NCBI RefSeq assembly: GCF_028641065.1
Contig: NC_073385.1
Coordinates: 33,294,001-33,358,000, forward strand
Source: Leucoraja erinacea
Taxonomy: Eukaryota
Direction: 5' to 3'
Length of the DNA stretch: 64,000 bases
Shown here: positions 11,880-25,289 of the stretch, one piece after another
Position numbering within the stretch: position 1 is the stretch's first letter
Layout of the letters: every line of letters starts with the position of its first letter
Translations under genes and position numbers: made by a program
Notes under the pieces: generated by a model
What the model saw: only the letters and a program-made list of their open reading frames with translations
Database searches by the model: none
What the model was told of the DNA's origin: nothing

Positions 11880-14535
11880 GAATACCGAAGTAAAAGTGTT
11901 GTATATGAATGTGTGAAGTATAAGAAATAAAGTGGACGAGCTTGAGGCTCGGTTAGAAATTGGTAAGCATGATGTTGTGGGAATTACGGAGACATGGCTG
12001 CAAGAGGGCCAGGGCTGTTGAACTGAATATTCAAGGGTATACCTCCAATCGAAAAGAAAGACAGGTGGGCAGAAGGGGTGGGATAGCTCTGTTGGTGAGG
12101 AATGAAATTCAGTCCCTTGCAAGGGGTGACATTGAAAAGGTAGATGCGGAGTCAGTATGGATAGAAATAAGGAATTGTAAGTGTAAAAAGACCCTAATGG
12201 GACATCTACAGGCCCCCAAACACTAGCCTGCATATAGGGTGCAAGTTGAATCAAGAGTTAAAATTGGCATGTCGTAAAGGTATTGCTACGGTTGTTATGG
12301 GAGATTTCAGCATACAGGTAGACTGGGAAAATCAGGTTGGTACTGGACCCCAAGAAAGGGAGTTTGTGGAGTGCCTTCGTGATGGATTCTTAGAGCAGCT
12401 TGTACTGGAGCCTACCAGGGAAAAGGCAATTCTGGATTTAGTGTTGTGTAATGAACTGGATTTGATAACGGAACTTGAGGTTAAGGAGCCATTAGGAGGT
12501 AGTGACCCTAATATGGTAAGTTTTAATCTACAATTTGAGAGGGAGAGGGGTAAAGCGGGGGTGTCTGTTACAGTTTAACAAAGGGGACTATGGAGCCATG
12601 AGGGAGGATCTGGCTAAGGTGGACTGGAAAGAGACCCTAGCAGGGATGATAGTGGAACAACTATGGCAAATATTTCTGGGAATAATACAGAAGGTGCAGG
12701 ATCAGTTCATTCCAAAGAGGAAGAAAGATTCCAAGGGGAGTAAGGGCCGACCGTGACTGATAAGGGACGTCAGGGACAGTATAAAAATTAAAGAGAAGAA
12801 GTACAACATAGCAAAGATGAGCGGGAAGCAAGAGGATTGGGTAATGTTTAAAAAGCAACAGAAGATAATTAAAACTCATAACATGGAGAAAAGATGAGGT
12901 ACGAAGGTAAGCTAGCCAAGAGGAAGTGAAGAGGAAAAATTAGTTAAGACCAAGGTTGGACCCTTGAAGACTGAAAAAGGTGAATTTATTATGGGGAACA
13001 AGGAAATGGGAGACGAGTTGAACAGGTACTTTGGATCCGTCTTCACTTAGGAGGACACAAACAATCTTCCTGATGTACTAATGGCCAGAGGATCTGTGGT
13101 GACAGCAGAATATTAGGCAGGAAATGGTGTTGGATAGACTGATGGGACTGACGGCTGATAAATCCCCAGGGCCTGATGGTCTGCATCCCAGGGTACTTAA
13201 GGAAGTGGCTCTAGAAACAAATTGGTGATCATTTTCCAATGTTCTATAGATTCAGGAATAGTTCCTGTGGATTGGAGGGTAGCTAATGTTATCCTACTTT
13301 TTAAGAAAGGCAGGGGAGAGAAAACAGGGAATTATAGACCAATTAGCCTGACACCGGTGGTGGGGAAGATGCTGGAGTCAATCATAAAAGATGAAATAGC
13401 TGCACATTTGTATAGCAGTAACAGGATCAGTCCAAGTCAGCATGCATTTACAAAGGGGAAATCATGCTTGACTAATCTTCTTGAATTTTTTTCAGGATGT
13501 AACTAGGAAAATGGACAAAGGAGAGCCAGTGGATGTAGTGTACCTGGACTTTCAGAAAGCATTTGATAAGGTCCCACATAGGAGATTAGTGGGCAAAATT
13601 AGGGCATGGTATTGGGGGTAGAGTGCTGACATGGATAGAGAATTGCAATATACATCAATGATTTAGATGAAGGGAATCAAAGTAACATTAGCAAATTTGC
13701 AGATGACACAAAGCTGGGTGGCAGTGTGAATTGTGAGGAGGATGCAATGAGAATGCAGGGTGACTTGGATAGGTTGAGTAGGTGGGGAAATGCATGGCAG
13801 ATGCATTTTAATGTGGATAAATGTGAGGTTATCCACTTTGGTAGCAAAAACAGGAAGGCAGATTATTATCTAAATGGTGTCAAGTTGGGAAAAGGGGAAG
13901 TACAACGGGATCTGGGGGTCCTTGTTCATCAGTCTATGAAAGTAAGCATGCAGATACAGCAGGCAGTGAAGAAACCAAGTGGCATGTTGGCATTTATAAC
14001 AAGAAGAGTTTAGTTTAGGAGCAAAGAGGTCCTTCTGCAGTTGTACAGAGCCCTAGTGAGACCACACCTGGAGTATTGTGTGCAGTTTTGGTCCCCTAAT
14101 TTGAGGAAGGATATTCTTGCTATTGAGAGAGTGCAGCTTAGGTTCACAAGGTTAATTCCTGGGATGGCGGGACTGTCATATGCTGAGAGAATGGAGCGGC
14201 TGGGCTTGTATTTTCTGGAATTTAGAAGGATGAGATGGGATCTTATTGAAACATATAAGATTATTAAGGGTTTGGACACGCTAGAGACAGAATACATGTT
14301 CCTGATGTTGGGGGAGTCCAGAACCAGGGGGCACAGTTTTAGAATAAGGGATAAGGCATTTAGAACGGAGATAAGGAAACACTTTGTCACCCAGAGAGTT
14401 GTGAGTCTGTGGAATTCTCTGCCTCAGAGGGCGGTGGAGGCCGGTTTTCTGGATACTTTCATGAGAAAGCTTGCTAGGGCTCTTAAAGATAGCACAGTCG
14501 GGGGATATGGGGAGAAGGCAGGAACGGGGTACTGA
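11880..14535 (+). pseudogene. CR1 ORF2 (APE endonuclease + reverse transcriptase), frameshifted
   Basis: GITETWL, VMGDFS, LDLVLCNE, LGGSD, KSPGPDGLHPRVLKE, NYRPISLT, YLDFQKAFDKVPH, KFADDTKLG, RPHLEYCVQFWSP. Confidence 0.93.
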
Positions 14536-14839
14536 TTGTGGATGATCAGCCATGATCACATTGAATGGAGGTGCTGGCTCGAAGGGCCGAATGGCCTACT
14601 CCTGCACCTATTGTCTATTGTTATTGTATAACCAAAATACCCTATGCATTAATCACTTTATCTAGTCAACTGCAAAATGTTGAAACAATTTCAATTGAAA
14701 AATGGTTGGTATTGGCCAATGATACTTTAGAATCTGCTGTCTATGGAAATGCAATTCTAAATTTCAACTACCTTCTCAATGTGGAATTCCTTCCTTACTT
14801 AACCTCTGATGTGCCTAATTCAAGTAATGGAGGTGTGTG

Positions 14840-15460
14840 GGACAGGCTTTCTAACACAGAGAATGGTGGGTACCTGGAACGCATTGCAGGGGAGGCAGAC
14901 CCAATGGCATTTAAGAGGGTGCAGATAGGCACATGGATATGCAGGGAATTGAGGCATATGGATCATCTGCGGACAGAGATTAGTTTAACTTGGTATAAGT
15001 TCAGACATTGTGGACCAAAAGACATGCTTCTGTGCTGTACTGTTCTATGCCGTACGATTGGCTAGGCTGGGTTAGTTTTACTTGGAATGAATAAAGCTGA
15101 TGGGGAAACATTACAGAGACAAATAAAATTGTGAGGGTATAGGCAGTAGGAAACTTTTCACCTCAGCAGATTCATCTAAAATTAGAGAGCATAAATTTAG
15201 AGTAAAGGCTAAGAGGATTAGAGGGGATCTGAGTGTGATTTTTATCAACCAGAAGATGATTAGAATCTGGAGCACGCTACCCGGGTGAGTAGTGGAAGAA
15301 GATACTTGTATAATACTTAAGAAATATTGAGATGAATCACAAATATATAGAAAGCTAAAAGGACCAGTGCTGGTAAACAGGATTAATATAGATTTGGTAC
15401 TCGATGCTCAGTGTAGACATGGTGGGCTAAAGTGCCTGGTTTTATACTGCATGATTCAAT
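14840..15460 (+). mobile_element. Two old CR1 3' remnants
   Basis: Degenerate gagaatggtgggtacctggaac and agaatctggagc motifs with CR1 3'UTR endings. Confidence 0.6.
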
Positions 15461-15721
15461 GACTTCAGTTGTAGTGGGACCAGAGTTTCAATATGACTCC
15501 TCTTTGCTCTTATACTTTATGCCTCTACTTAAAAACACTGGGATCCCATGAGGTTTTAGAACCACTTCCTCAACATGGCTTATTACATTCAGTGATTAAT
15601 GTCCATTTACTCCCTCCAGACCTCGCTATTCTTCCTCCCTTGTTTGAATTGTGTCCTTTGGTTTATATCATCTATTCTCATTCTTCCTACCTCAATAGAA
15701 TTGTTCACAATTCTCGACATT

Positions 15722-15900
15722 AAGTGGCACAGCTGGTAGAGCTGCTGCCTCACAGTGCCAGAGACCCAATTTGATTCTGAACTCGGGTGCCGTCTGCGTG
15801 AAGTTTGCAATTTCACTGTGTGACCCACTCTGGTTTCCTCCGAGATCCCCAAAGACGTGCAGGTTTGTAGATTAATTGGCTTCTGTAAATTGACACCTAG
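15722..15900 (+). mobile_element. tRNA-derived SINE
   Basis: gtggcacagctggtagagctgctgcctcacag head plus the SINE core. Confidence 0.8.
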
Positions 15901-15909
15901 TTTATAGTG

Positions 15910-16007
15910 AAGATAGACACAAAATGCTGGAGTAACTCAGCGGGACAGGCAGCATCTCTGGAGAGAAGGAATGTGTGACGTTTCGGGTCGAGACTTCTTC
16001 TGTCTGA
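15910..16007 (-). mobile_element. Penelope-derived short element, hammerhead core mutated
   Basis: Minus strand reads cagaagaagtctcgacccgaaacgtcac...gagttactccagcattttgtgtctatct. Confidence 0.8.
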
Positions 16008-16739
16008 ATTTTGACATATGCAAATTTGAAAATTATGTCCAGTCCTTTCAAATGTATTAAAAATGAAGAGGTTTTAGGTTTAGTTTTCTTACTGTCATGC
16101 ATACAGTGAAAAGCATTGTATCCAATCAAACCAGATAATACTATACATAAATACAATCAAGTCAAATTCAATTACAATAGACATTACAAAGGGGAAGATA
16201 CAGAGTGCAGAATATAGTTTGCAGTATTGTATGCATCAGCTCCAAAGACAAAGTCCAATGTCGACAATGTGATAGAGGTGAATCGGACAGGACCCTAGCT
16301 CAAGTAATAAACAGTGGATGCTCCACTGCATACTTCTTTTTGGAGCAACAAACTATTTTTTCACAATTATTTTCTGTTTCCTCTACTTTCAGGAATTATC
16401 TGTGCAAGGTGCTGCATTCTCTATCATTCCATACTTTTTCTAAGGATTTGAATCTTGATGGCAAGCTTATCATACAACACCTTATCTCTCAGAAATCCCT
16501 TTAGACACCAGTGGCATTACTCTTGCTGAGCCTGTTGTTATATAATCATAATTCTTTATCAAGATATTTAGGCAATATGAATCAATGCTGGCTTTCTATA
16601 ATCAATTTTGATCAATTCAAATGGCGGTTAACGCTGTTCATGTTTATTATTTTTCAAACATTTCCCTGGTAATAAGATTAGATTGACTGGTCAGTTATTT
16701 CTGAGTTTACAATGTTTTTTTGAACAAGGATGTTAGTGT

Positions 16740-17030
16740 AAAAGGTACAGGAACCTGATAACCATGATTATCAGATTCAAGAATATCTTCTTCCCAATAA
16801 CCTTCAGGCTCTTAAACACTACATAACACTAATCACAACTATGAATTATAGGTTGCCTTTGATTGCAATGAGGACTTTGGGCTCTTTTGAACATGTAGTG
16901 GGTTTATAAATTTTCTGAATGTATTATATATTATCAACATGCATTATGTTTACAGACCTGTTATGCTGCTGCAAGTAAGAATCTGTGTTCCATTGTGGTT
17001 ACTTATGACAATTAAACTCTTGAATCTCTG
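16740..17030 (+). mobile_element. Rex1/Babar-type LINE 3' end
   Basis: agattcaagaatatcttcttcccaataacc...aggctctt (RFKNxFFP-like) and tail gctgctgcaagtaagaat...atgacaattaaa. Related tails at 16070-16300(-), 24865-25025, 28735-29040, 31478-31640(-), 35665-35910, 42710-43210(-) and 61266-61355. Confidence 0.65.
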
Positions 17031-17589
17031 CAAATCTTGGTAACTTCAGCAACTCTGTTCTTCTATGGACTTTTTATTTGGTTGCACTACAATAATCAGT
17101 TTTTTTTCGCACTAGGATCAGTTATTACTTCATTGTTATATTATATTCAGAACCTTTTTCCCCAACTAGAGAATGTAGTTTTAAGTTGAGAGAGGCAAAG
17201 TTTAAACAAGATGTGTAGGGCAACGTAGAGGGTTGTGAGTGCCTGGAACATGCTGCCAGGGGTGGTGGTTCAGCTATATACAATCGTGCTATTTAAGAGA
17301 CTATTTGGATTAGGTACATGGATATGCAGAGAATGGAGAGATTGGGATTATGTGAAAGCATATAAGAGTTGACCTTGGCATCATGTTCGGCACAGACATT
17401 ATTAGCCAAAGGGCCATGTGTATATATAGCATTTATATGACTGTAAAGCTGCTGCAAGAACTTAAGGTGGTACGTGTTAATTAAGCATTCTTGACATTAT
17501 CATGTTAACATTTAATGCTTCTTCACTTCAAGAGTTCAGTCTTTCCTATGAACATCACAGAGGACACTATCAAGGTGTCCTATTTTAGG

Positions 17590-18215
17590 CTCTGAGCTGC
17601 TTCTTCACCCCCTCCTCGTGGCCTACCATCGAGAATGGAGTGGTGTTTCCTTCGTGACCGGCCGGGACTACAGCTTTGGCGGCGGCACAGCACGGGGACA
17701 CCAACACGGAGTGGGTGATGCCTTACCGGGTCGCCGTGCGGTAAGCTCCGGAGTGCTGTGACCGCTGACTCCGCCTCGAGGAGCTGCGGCTGCGGGCGTC
17801 CAGCCGTGGGAGGCGCTGGATTTAAAACACCGCGGAGCCTGGGATCCGAGATCGCCAACCCGCGCGGCCTGAGGACTTCGGGTGCCGTGGTCTCCAGGGA
17901 GGGAGTGGCCGCACCAGACATTCCAAGCCATTGAGAATGTTCACCCGACACAGGAGTTCCAGCTTTTCCGGCAAGAGGGACTGAAGCATCGGGCTGCCAT
18001 AGCGGCGACTGCGGAGGCCACAATAGGCCCGACTATGGGTGAACAGGGGATGGGACTGGACTTTGCTGCCTTCCCCCACAGTGGGAACCATTGTGGGGGG
18101 GATGTTTTTATGTTTATTGTTAAATTCTTTAATGTTGTGTCTTATTTTATTTGTGCGCTGCAATGGCAAGTCCAATCGGTGTATGTGATAATTAATGTCC
18201 TTTGTATCCTTTGTA
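17590..18215 (+). mobile_element. GC-rich non-autonomous retroelement (family A), 5'-truncated, Rex-type tail
   Basis: Body aligns with the reverse complement of about 22000-22530 (e.g. gatgccttacc.ggtcgccgtgcggtaagctccggag.gctg). Tail tcggtgtatgtgataattaatgtcctttgtatcctttgt. Confidence 0.75.
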
Positions 18216-18219
18216 CCTT

Positions 18220-18438
18220 CATCGCGGTGATTGACAGGCGAGAGGATCTCAGGGTGTCTTAGACACTCATAACTTTTTAAATATTTCTTCGATAGGAAAA
18301 ATCCTCGGGGCCTGCTCAGCAGAGGAGGACTATGAGTAAGATGGCCAAAAATCATAGCGATGTATTGGAATATTTTTTCTAAAATCAATATACAGCGTAG
18401 ACAGGAAGTGGTCGAGATGAGATTTTTAATTATATAGA
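18220..18438 (-). mobile_element. Helitron 5'-end fragment
   Basis: Minus strand starts A|TCTATATAATTAAAA and matches 3800-3980 (cttcctgt...ctgtatattgattttag...tgatttttggccatcttactc). Confidence 0.8.
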
Positions 18439-18439
18439 T

Positions 18440-18715
18440 TAGTTTAGAGATACAGAGAAAAAACAGTCCCTTCGGCCCACTGAGTCAGCGGCAACTAACG
18501 ATCCACACACACATGCACTATCCGACACACTAGGGACAATTCACAATTATATCAAGCCAATTAACCTACAATCCTGGAGTGTGGGAGGAAATGGTGCTCG
18601 CAGAGAAAACCCACGTAGGTCACATGGAGAATGTACAAACTCCGTACCAGCAAGCACTCATAGTCAGGATCGAACCCAGGTCTCTGGTGCTGTAAGGCAT
18701 CAACACTGTGCCCCC
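18440..18715 (-). mobile_element. tRNA-derived SINE
   Basis: ggatcgaaccc (B box on the minus strand), SINE core, and tail ccttcggcccac. Confidence 0.82.
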
Positions 18716-18719
18716 CGTG

Positions 18720-19830
18720 GTCTTTCATTATCCGGCAGATATCAATGAGATCCTCCCTCATTCTCTGACGTCAGCGAGTATAGGCCCAGAGCCTTCAGCG
18801 CACATCATTTGTTAACCCAATCATCTGCAGGATCATTCTCATCAACTTCTTTGAAACCTCTCCAAAGCCAGCACATCTTTGCACAGATATGTGTCACAAA
18901 ACTGCTCACAATATTCCAAATGTGGCTTTCTCAATGCCTGATAAAGTGATAAAGCCTCAGCATTACATTCTGGCGATTGTATTCTAGTCCCCTCAAAATG
19001 AATGCTAGTGTTACATTTGCCTTCTTTAGCACCAACTCAACCTGAAAATTAAGCTTTTGGGAGTCCTGCAGCAGCAATCCCAAGTCCCATTGCATGTCTG
19101 ATTTCTGAATCCTCTCCTCATTTAGAAAGTTGTCTATGCCTTTATTCCTTCTACAAGGGTGCATGGCCGTACACTTTGCTATGGTGTATTGCATCTGCCA
19201 CTTCTTATCCCACTCTCTCAACCTGTCCAAGTCCTACTGCAGCTTCCCTGCTTCCTGAACACTATCTGCCCCACCACCTATCTTTGTATCAAACTAGGCC
19301 ACGAAGCCACCAATTCCCGCAATCAGATCATTAACATATAACATGAAATGTAGCCAAACGGACCCAACCCTTCAACAGCTATGTCTTTCAGAACCTGGGG
19401 GCTAGTCCATTTAGAAACATAGAAGCATAGAAAATTGGTGCAGGAGTACCCCATTCGGCCCTTTGAGCCAGCACCGCTTTTCAACATGATCATGGCTGAT
19501 CATCCACAATCAATACCCTGTTCCTGCTTTCTCCCCATATCCCTTGAATCTGATAGCCTGAAGAGTTATATCTAACTCTCTCTTGAAAACATCCAGTGAA
19601 TTAGCCTCCACTGCCTTCTGTGGCAGAGAATTCCCCAGATTCACTACTTTATGTTTTTCCTAAATGGCCTACCCCTTATTCTTACACTTACATTTGGTCC
19701 AGTTGACTTATCCAACCTCAGACCCTTCAGCTTCCCAAGCACCTTCTCCTCAGTAATAGCGACTGCACTCACTTCTGCCTCCTGACTCTCTTGGATTTCT
19801 CGCACATTGCTGGTGTCTTCCACTATGCTG
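18720..19830 (-). mobile_element. Two adjacent CR1 fragments
   Basis: ORF 18931-19230 (WQMQY...FILRGLEY); second 3' end with tagaaaca repeats at about 19412; EEKVLGKLKGLRLDKSTGP. Confidence 0.85.
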
Positions 19831-21574
19831 GTATAAATACAAACAAATGTTTGTGAACAAAAACAGCATTTAATCCAAGTATCTTTGCACCAGGGTTTTG
19901 CCCAAATAATTTTCATTTTAAAGATCCATTGGACTCAATTTAAACTTTGTTATTCAGAAATTTTATATGAATGAATAATACCTTTGATGTAATTTGCCAG
20001 AGGTTGTAGCCTTTAGGCAAATATAGATTAGTTGAACTCGCTATGTAAACACTCATACTCAAACATCCAGATTGCACCCTCCTTACTTAAAATCTGAATT
20101 AATTGGGTAGTATTTGTGTTGTCTGCTGGGCATTCATTTAAATTAGGGAATTAGCATAATCACCTCACTGTGATTTGCTGTGCAACAACCTGTGAAATCA
20201 AAAATTATTCTGAATACATATTAACAATGCCAACAGGTTACCTTGTAGAGGCACCAAACATGGTGAACAAATGGGTTACTTTATTCAGGCATAAAAGGTT
20301 CGTTATACATGCACTTTGGTCCTCTAACATAAAGTTGTCGTTGCTGCAGCGAGGCTGTTGCCTCATGGGCTCGAGGTGAGCCCCTGCTGAGGGGAAGGAC
20401 ACTCACCCCAAGAGAGAAGAGAGCTGGTCAGCTCGAAGTAAGAGAGAGAGAGAGAGAGAGGGTTGTCACAGGACACACCCCTCTGTATACCAGGATGCAC
20501 CCCTGTACCCCATGACAACTCCCTGCCATTGTCAAATCACGTGACCGACTGCTGATGGTTCGTGTAGCTAGTGGCCCAATCACCGGGTGCCGCCACAGGA
20601 CCCCCCCCCCCCCACCCCCCCAGAACCAGAGGCAGGAAAACGAGTAGGCTGACAAAACGCGGCAGCCTGATTCGTAAACTCGAAGACGTCCTCACTGGCG
20701 AGTACCGCGAAGATCCCTGGGCGCTGGCTGCCCATCCGGCCCAGCAGCGGGGTGGAGCCTTGGCCGGTCGTGAGTCGGCGGTACCGCGACGGATTCTCGG
20801 GCAGCTTCCTGCCTCCGCCGAGGGCACGGCAGCGCAGCCGGCCTCCTACGACACCGGCGATGGAGGATGGAGTCCCTACCTGCAGCGGTGGGGCGAGGCC
20901 CATCGATGCCAGCTGCCAAAATGACCACCACGGCCTACTCCCATATGGCCGCTGCAGCGACTACAAAAATGGCCACTGCTGCCGGAAGCAACGCTCAACC
21001 TGCCAACCACCGTCATCAGCGCCACCTCTGGTCGAGTGGTGACTCTGCAACCCGTCTGCCGTCAGCAGCACCACCTCTGGTAGAGTGGCGTCTATGCAGC
21101 CTGATCAATGTCTACAGTGCCACCCCTAGTCAGTTGGTGTTACTACAGCCTCCAGTTTCAAGCACAGCTAATCCAACCATTTTGTTCATTGCTGCACCTT
21201 TGCTGTTTGCTCACTGTAGTTTGTTTTTTTTCCACTGTACACTGGAATTACCTAGCTTAATATTACTGTTAGTTTCTTGTTGTTGTATTTGCATTGTTGC
21301 CAACGGCTTTCTCAGGTCCCGATCCCCTGCTGGTTGACGTGACTGTTCTATACCTCATCCGTCCTGTGGCTTTTGCGTTGGTCTTCTTGCACCCCTTGGC
21401 ATACCTTGGGATGGCCCACATCTGGAGCATTGACTGTGCCCACAGGCCCCACCGTCCCAACCCACAGCTGGGATGCCCCCGACCTACAGCAAGAGCCGCT
21501 CTCGGTCATGCTCTGCAGACAGCGCTGCATCAGCCTTCATATTGAGAAAAATGCAAGTTCTGGGGTCTCACGTA

Positions 21575-21670
21575 GATCACAATGTGCTGGAGTAACTCAG
21601 CAGGTCAGGAAGCATCTCTGCAGGACATGGCTAGGTGATGTTTCAGTTTGGGGCCTTTCCTCAGACTGTT
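21575..21670 (-). mobile_element. Penelope-derived short element
   Basis: Minus strand reads cagtctgaggaaaggccccaaactgaaacatcacc. Confidence 0.7.
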
Positions 21671-21835
21671 GAACACTACTCAACACTAATCTCAGCAAGT
21701 ATGAACTTCTATGAACTGTCTTTGGTTGTACTATTGTTTTTTTGTTGACATTATTATTATAGCTAATAATTTATAGAATTCAAAACAAATTATCATGTAT
21801 TAACTGCATGCGTTGAGTTTACAAAGCTGTTATGC

Positions 21836-22700
21836 AAGTAACCAAGTAAGTAAGTTTTATTTATATAGCACGTTTTAAGTCAACTCGCATTGACATCAAA
21901 GTGCTTTACTTAAATTAAATAATAAGTTTCCATACAAACCATAGAAAAATGTTAAAAAAATAAAGAAGATGGACACAACACATTAGAGTTCAACACAAAT
22001 GTCCCCCCCCCCCCCCCCACAGCAGAATCAAAAATTTCCACTGTGCGGAAAGGCACCAGAAAGTTAAGTCCTCTTCCTCTGTGAAACTCCCGAGGTCGGG
22101 GCCCATTTATGGCCTTTCAGCCAGTCCGATAATTTTCAGGGCCCTCTGGCCGTGAAGATGGAACTCTGGCGTCGGGTGAAACATTCCTCAGCAGCTTTGA
22201 AAGTCTGGAGTGGTTGCCTCCTCCCCAGAGACCGGGCACTCGTAGTCCTTGGGCCTCGCCGGTTGGAGCTCCGACCCCGGCGAACTCGATCCCTGGCTCC
22301 GCGGCGCTCCAAATCCAGCGCCGCCCGCAGCCACATGTTGTTGGGAGTCAGCAGCCACAGCGCTCCGGAGCTTACCGCACGGCGACCTGGTAAGGCATCG
22401 CCCGCTCCGTGTTGGTATCCTAGCGCTGTGCCACCGCCGCCGAAGCTGTAGTTCTGGCCGGTCCCGACAGGAAATGCCGCTCCATTCTCGCTGGTAGGCC
22501 ACGAGGACGGGGCGAAGAAGCAGCTCGGAGGGATGCTGCCTCTCCGATCAGGTAGGGGACTAAAAAATAATGTTTCCCCTTTCCCCACCTCCAACCACCA
22601 CATAAAAGACCTCCATTAACATTTTGGACAGGACTTAAAATTTAAAAAAAAAGGTGAAGAGATGGACTGCGGGCAGGCTGCCATACACAGACGGTGCCTA
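21836..22700 (-). mobile_element. GC-rich non-autonomous retroelement (family A) with L2-type tail
   Basis: Same body as 1283-2125 and 17590-18215, but the minus-strand end is gtaaagcactttg...gtgctatataaataaaa(ctta)n, like the L2 tail at 35258-35330. Confidence 0.8.
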
Positions 22701-24199
22701 CTCCTGCACATCCGCCATCACGTAAAAATGTCATTGTCCCATTGTCGGTAAATATGACAATTATGACATTTTGGACTATATATATGGCAGTAAACTTTCT
22801 TGAATACTCACATGGCTTAGCGCGGCCTCTCCATTTTGAGGCTTCCACAGTCAGCGGCACTTCCACAATCAGCGTGACCTCTGCACTTACCGGAATTTAC
22901 GCAATCAGCGCGAACTGTCCACTAAGCGGAAGTCACGAAATGAGCGGGAATTTTGAACCAAACACAGTCGGACCTAATAAAGCATTTATTCCTTCCAAAC
23001 ACAGTCGGGCCTAATAAAGCATAGCAGTTTCAAGCACAGGCAGGGGGATTGGGGGCAGGACAATACAACCCTGGATGCCTTTTCACTGTAGCTCTGCACA
23101 TGTAATAATAAAGAACCATTGAACCGTTGAACCAGATGAGGCCTGGCATCATTCACATGCATTCAGAGCTTGAAAATACCACTGCAGCACAGCTCATTTC
23201 TTTGCGGTTGACTTGAGCAGCATTTGCAAAGCAGTTCAGATGCCAGTGACCATCTTCTGCAAGCTGTCGCAGAATGCTTTTTCTCTGCATTACCCATTTT
23301 GTTGAGTCTCCCTTATGCATCACCTTTGGAAGGCCAGCTGCTCAGAAAATAGTCTATAATAATTACAAATGCCACCAGTTCTCTAGATACCTCAACAAGG
23401 CTATGGCCTTCATACCTCATTGGGAAATACTGCCCCTCTCCAATCTCACAGCTGCTTAAGTAACAACTTCAACAATCATCATGTATTTAAAGGGGGAAAG
23501 TGTAAACTACGCAGCCCTTCTACTGAAGAAGTAATATTAATTTGTTTGCTGATACAAAAAAGTAACTTCTCACCGGGCAGCAATCAAGGGGAATGATAAA
23601 ATGAAAAATATGAAGGTAAAAGCAATGATACATTAAAATAAATCAAATAGTTGCAGCAGCAACTAATTAAGCCTGATCTAAATTGTCAGCAATCTGTGCC
23701 AGCAATTAGCTTGAATATAAAAATAAAATTAAACAGTACATTACTTTCAGCTCCTCATTGCTCTCCACACAGAACTTTGCCACATCTCATTTGTTCTATT
23801 TTACTCCACCAATTATTCCGGTTGTCCTTTTACCCTTTAATTTCAGATTGGGTATTTTATCAGACCCTGATTTATTTCCATTTTTGCTTCATCTGGGCAT
23901 GGTTTCATAGCTCCATTTCTTGCATTTTTCTGATTGATTTTGTTTACTTTGTTTTCCTCGTGGACCTGATAAATATTTTATTTTGTTCTATGCAAGTTGA
24001 AAAATTTCCAAAAAAGCAGATAGTCCAGTTGATGCATAATTAAGATTTATCTGCAAGATGTTTAGCTTGGTAAATTGTGTTCACTGATACATATTTATAA
24101 ATACTTCCAGCATGTAAAACTCTGATAGATGGTAGTTGAAAGGCCACATAAAACATTATTGGTGCCAAAGCCTATATAAAATAAAACATATTAGTTTGT

Positions 24200-24365
24200 A
24201 GAGACATCAGGAACTGCAGATGCTGGAATCTTAAGCAAAGCAACAAAGTGCTGAACTCAATGGGTCAGGCAGCACCTGTGGAGCGAATGACAGGAGACAA
24301 TTTGGGTCAGAACCTTTCAGAAGTTTGACCTGCTGAGTTACTTCAGCACTTTGTGTTTTGCTTGA
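24200..24365. mobile_element. Degenerate palindromic Penelope-derived element
   Basis: ggaactgcagatgctggaatc...caaagtgctg...cagcactttgtgttttgc. Confidence 0.65.
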
Positions 24366-25289
24366 AGAGGTGGTGCTGGCAGTCTTATACTATATTTTTG
24401 CCCTTTAAATATTATTAGGCATTTTAAAATGACAGGTTGGTAATATAGTTGGAGGTTGTGTGGGAGAGATAGTGAGAGCGCAAGGTAAAGAGAGATAAAG
24501 AGAGAGAGAATGTCACCAGACACAGAGAGACAATTGGGAAGAAATAGATTCACGCAGAATGATGGTGAGAAAATAATCTGCATTTAAAATAATCTATTTG
24601 CATTTTTAGAAAAAAGTAACAGTTGAGGTTTTGATGCAAGCTAATTATCCCCAGCATTTTCTATTCATAAAGTTTGATTTGAGTTATTCAAAAAAAAAAT
24701 TCAAAACCAATTTTCAAAAATGAGATTTGTTGACTTAAATCACGAGAGGCTCCCGGTAACTGAAAGAAAAGAAAATGTTCCAGTTATATATCTCTTACAC
24801 TTTTGGCCTTGTTTCTGAAAAAAATAATCTGTTCCATTTTCCATGGTAGCAACAGGACAAGCATCCACATGAGGTGTTGCCTCAAGGCCGCCTTTATCAT
24901 CAAGGATCCTCACCATCTGGGCAATGCCCTCTTCTCACTGCTATCATCAGGTGGGAAATACAAAAGTCTGAAGTGTCACACAACCAGATCAGGAACAGTT
25001 ACTTTCCTATAACTATTGGGTTCATAAGGACATAAGTGATAGGAGAAGAATTGGGCCATTCGACCAATCAAGTCCACCGACCAAGATTCAATCATGGCTG
25101 ATCTATCTCTCCCTCCTCATCTCATTCTCCTACCTTTTCCCCATAACCCCAACACTGTAGTAATCAGGAAACGCCGGTACTAATCACGTAGTTGGTACTT
25201 GAAGGGAGAGAAATGCAATTGGCATGAGGGTTAGAAAATAAGATGAGAGTTGAGTTAGCTGCATTCCAAATGAAAGACAATGTTGATAC

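Larger units (their letters stand above)
10995..14620 (+). mobile_element. Near full-length CR1 LINE (disabled)
   Basis: ORF1 esterase, APE and RT fragments in order, then the CR1 3'UTR and a ctattgt tail. Many frameshifts; a deletion near 13645 relative to the 37930-39310 copy. Confidence 0.95.

Noticed and set aside
17580-18388. Overlapping 87-188-aa ORFs (also at 1443-1926 and 22136-22603)
   Set aside because: Stop-poor GC-rich repeat bodies; frames are not preserved between copies and no domain is recognisable.
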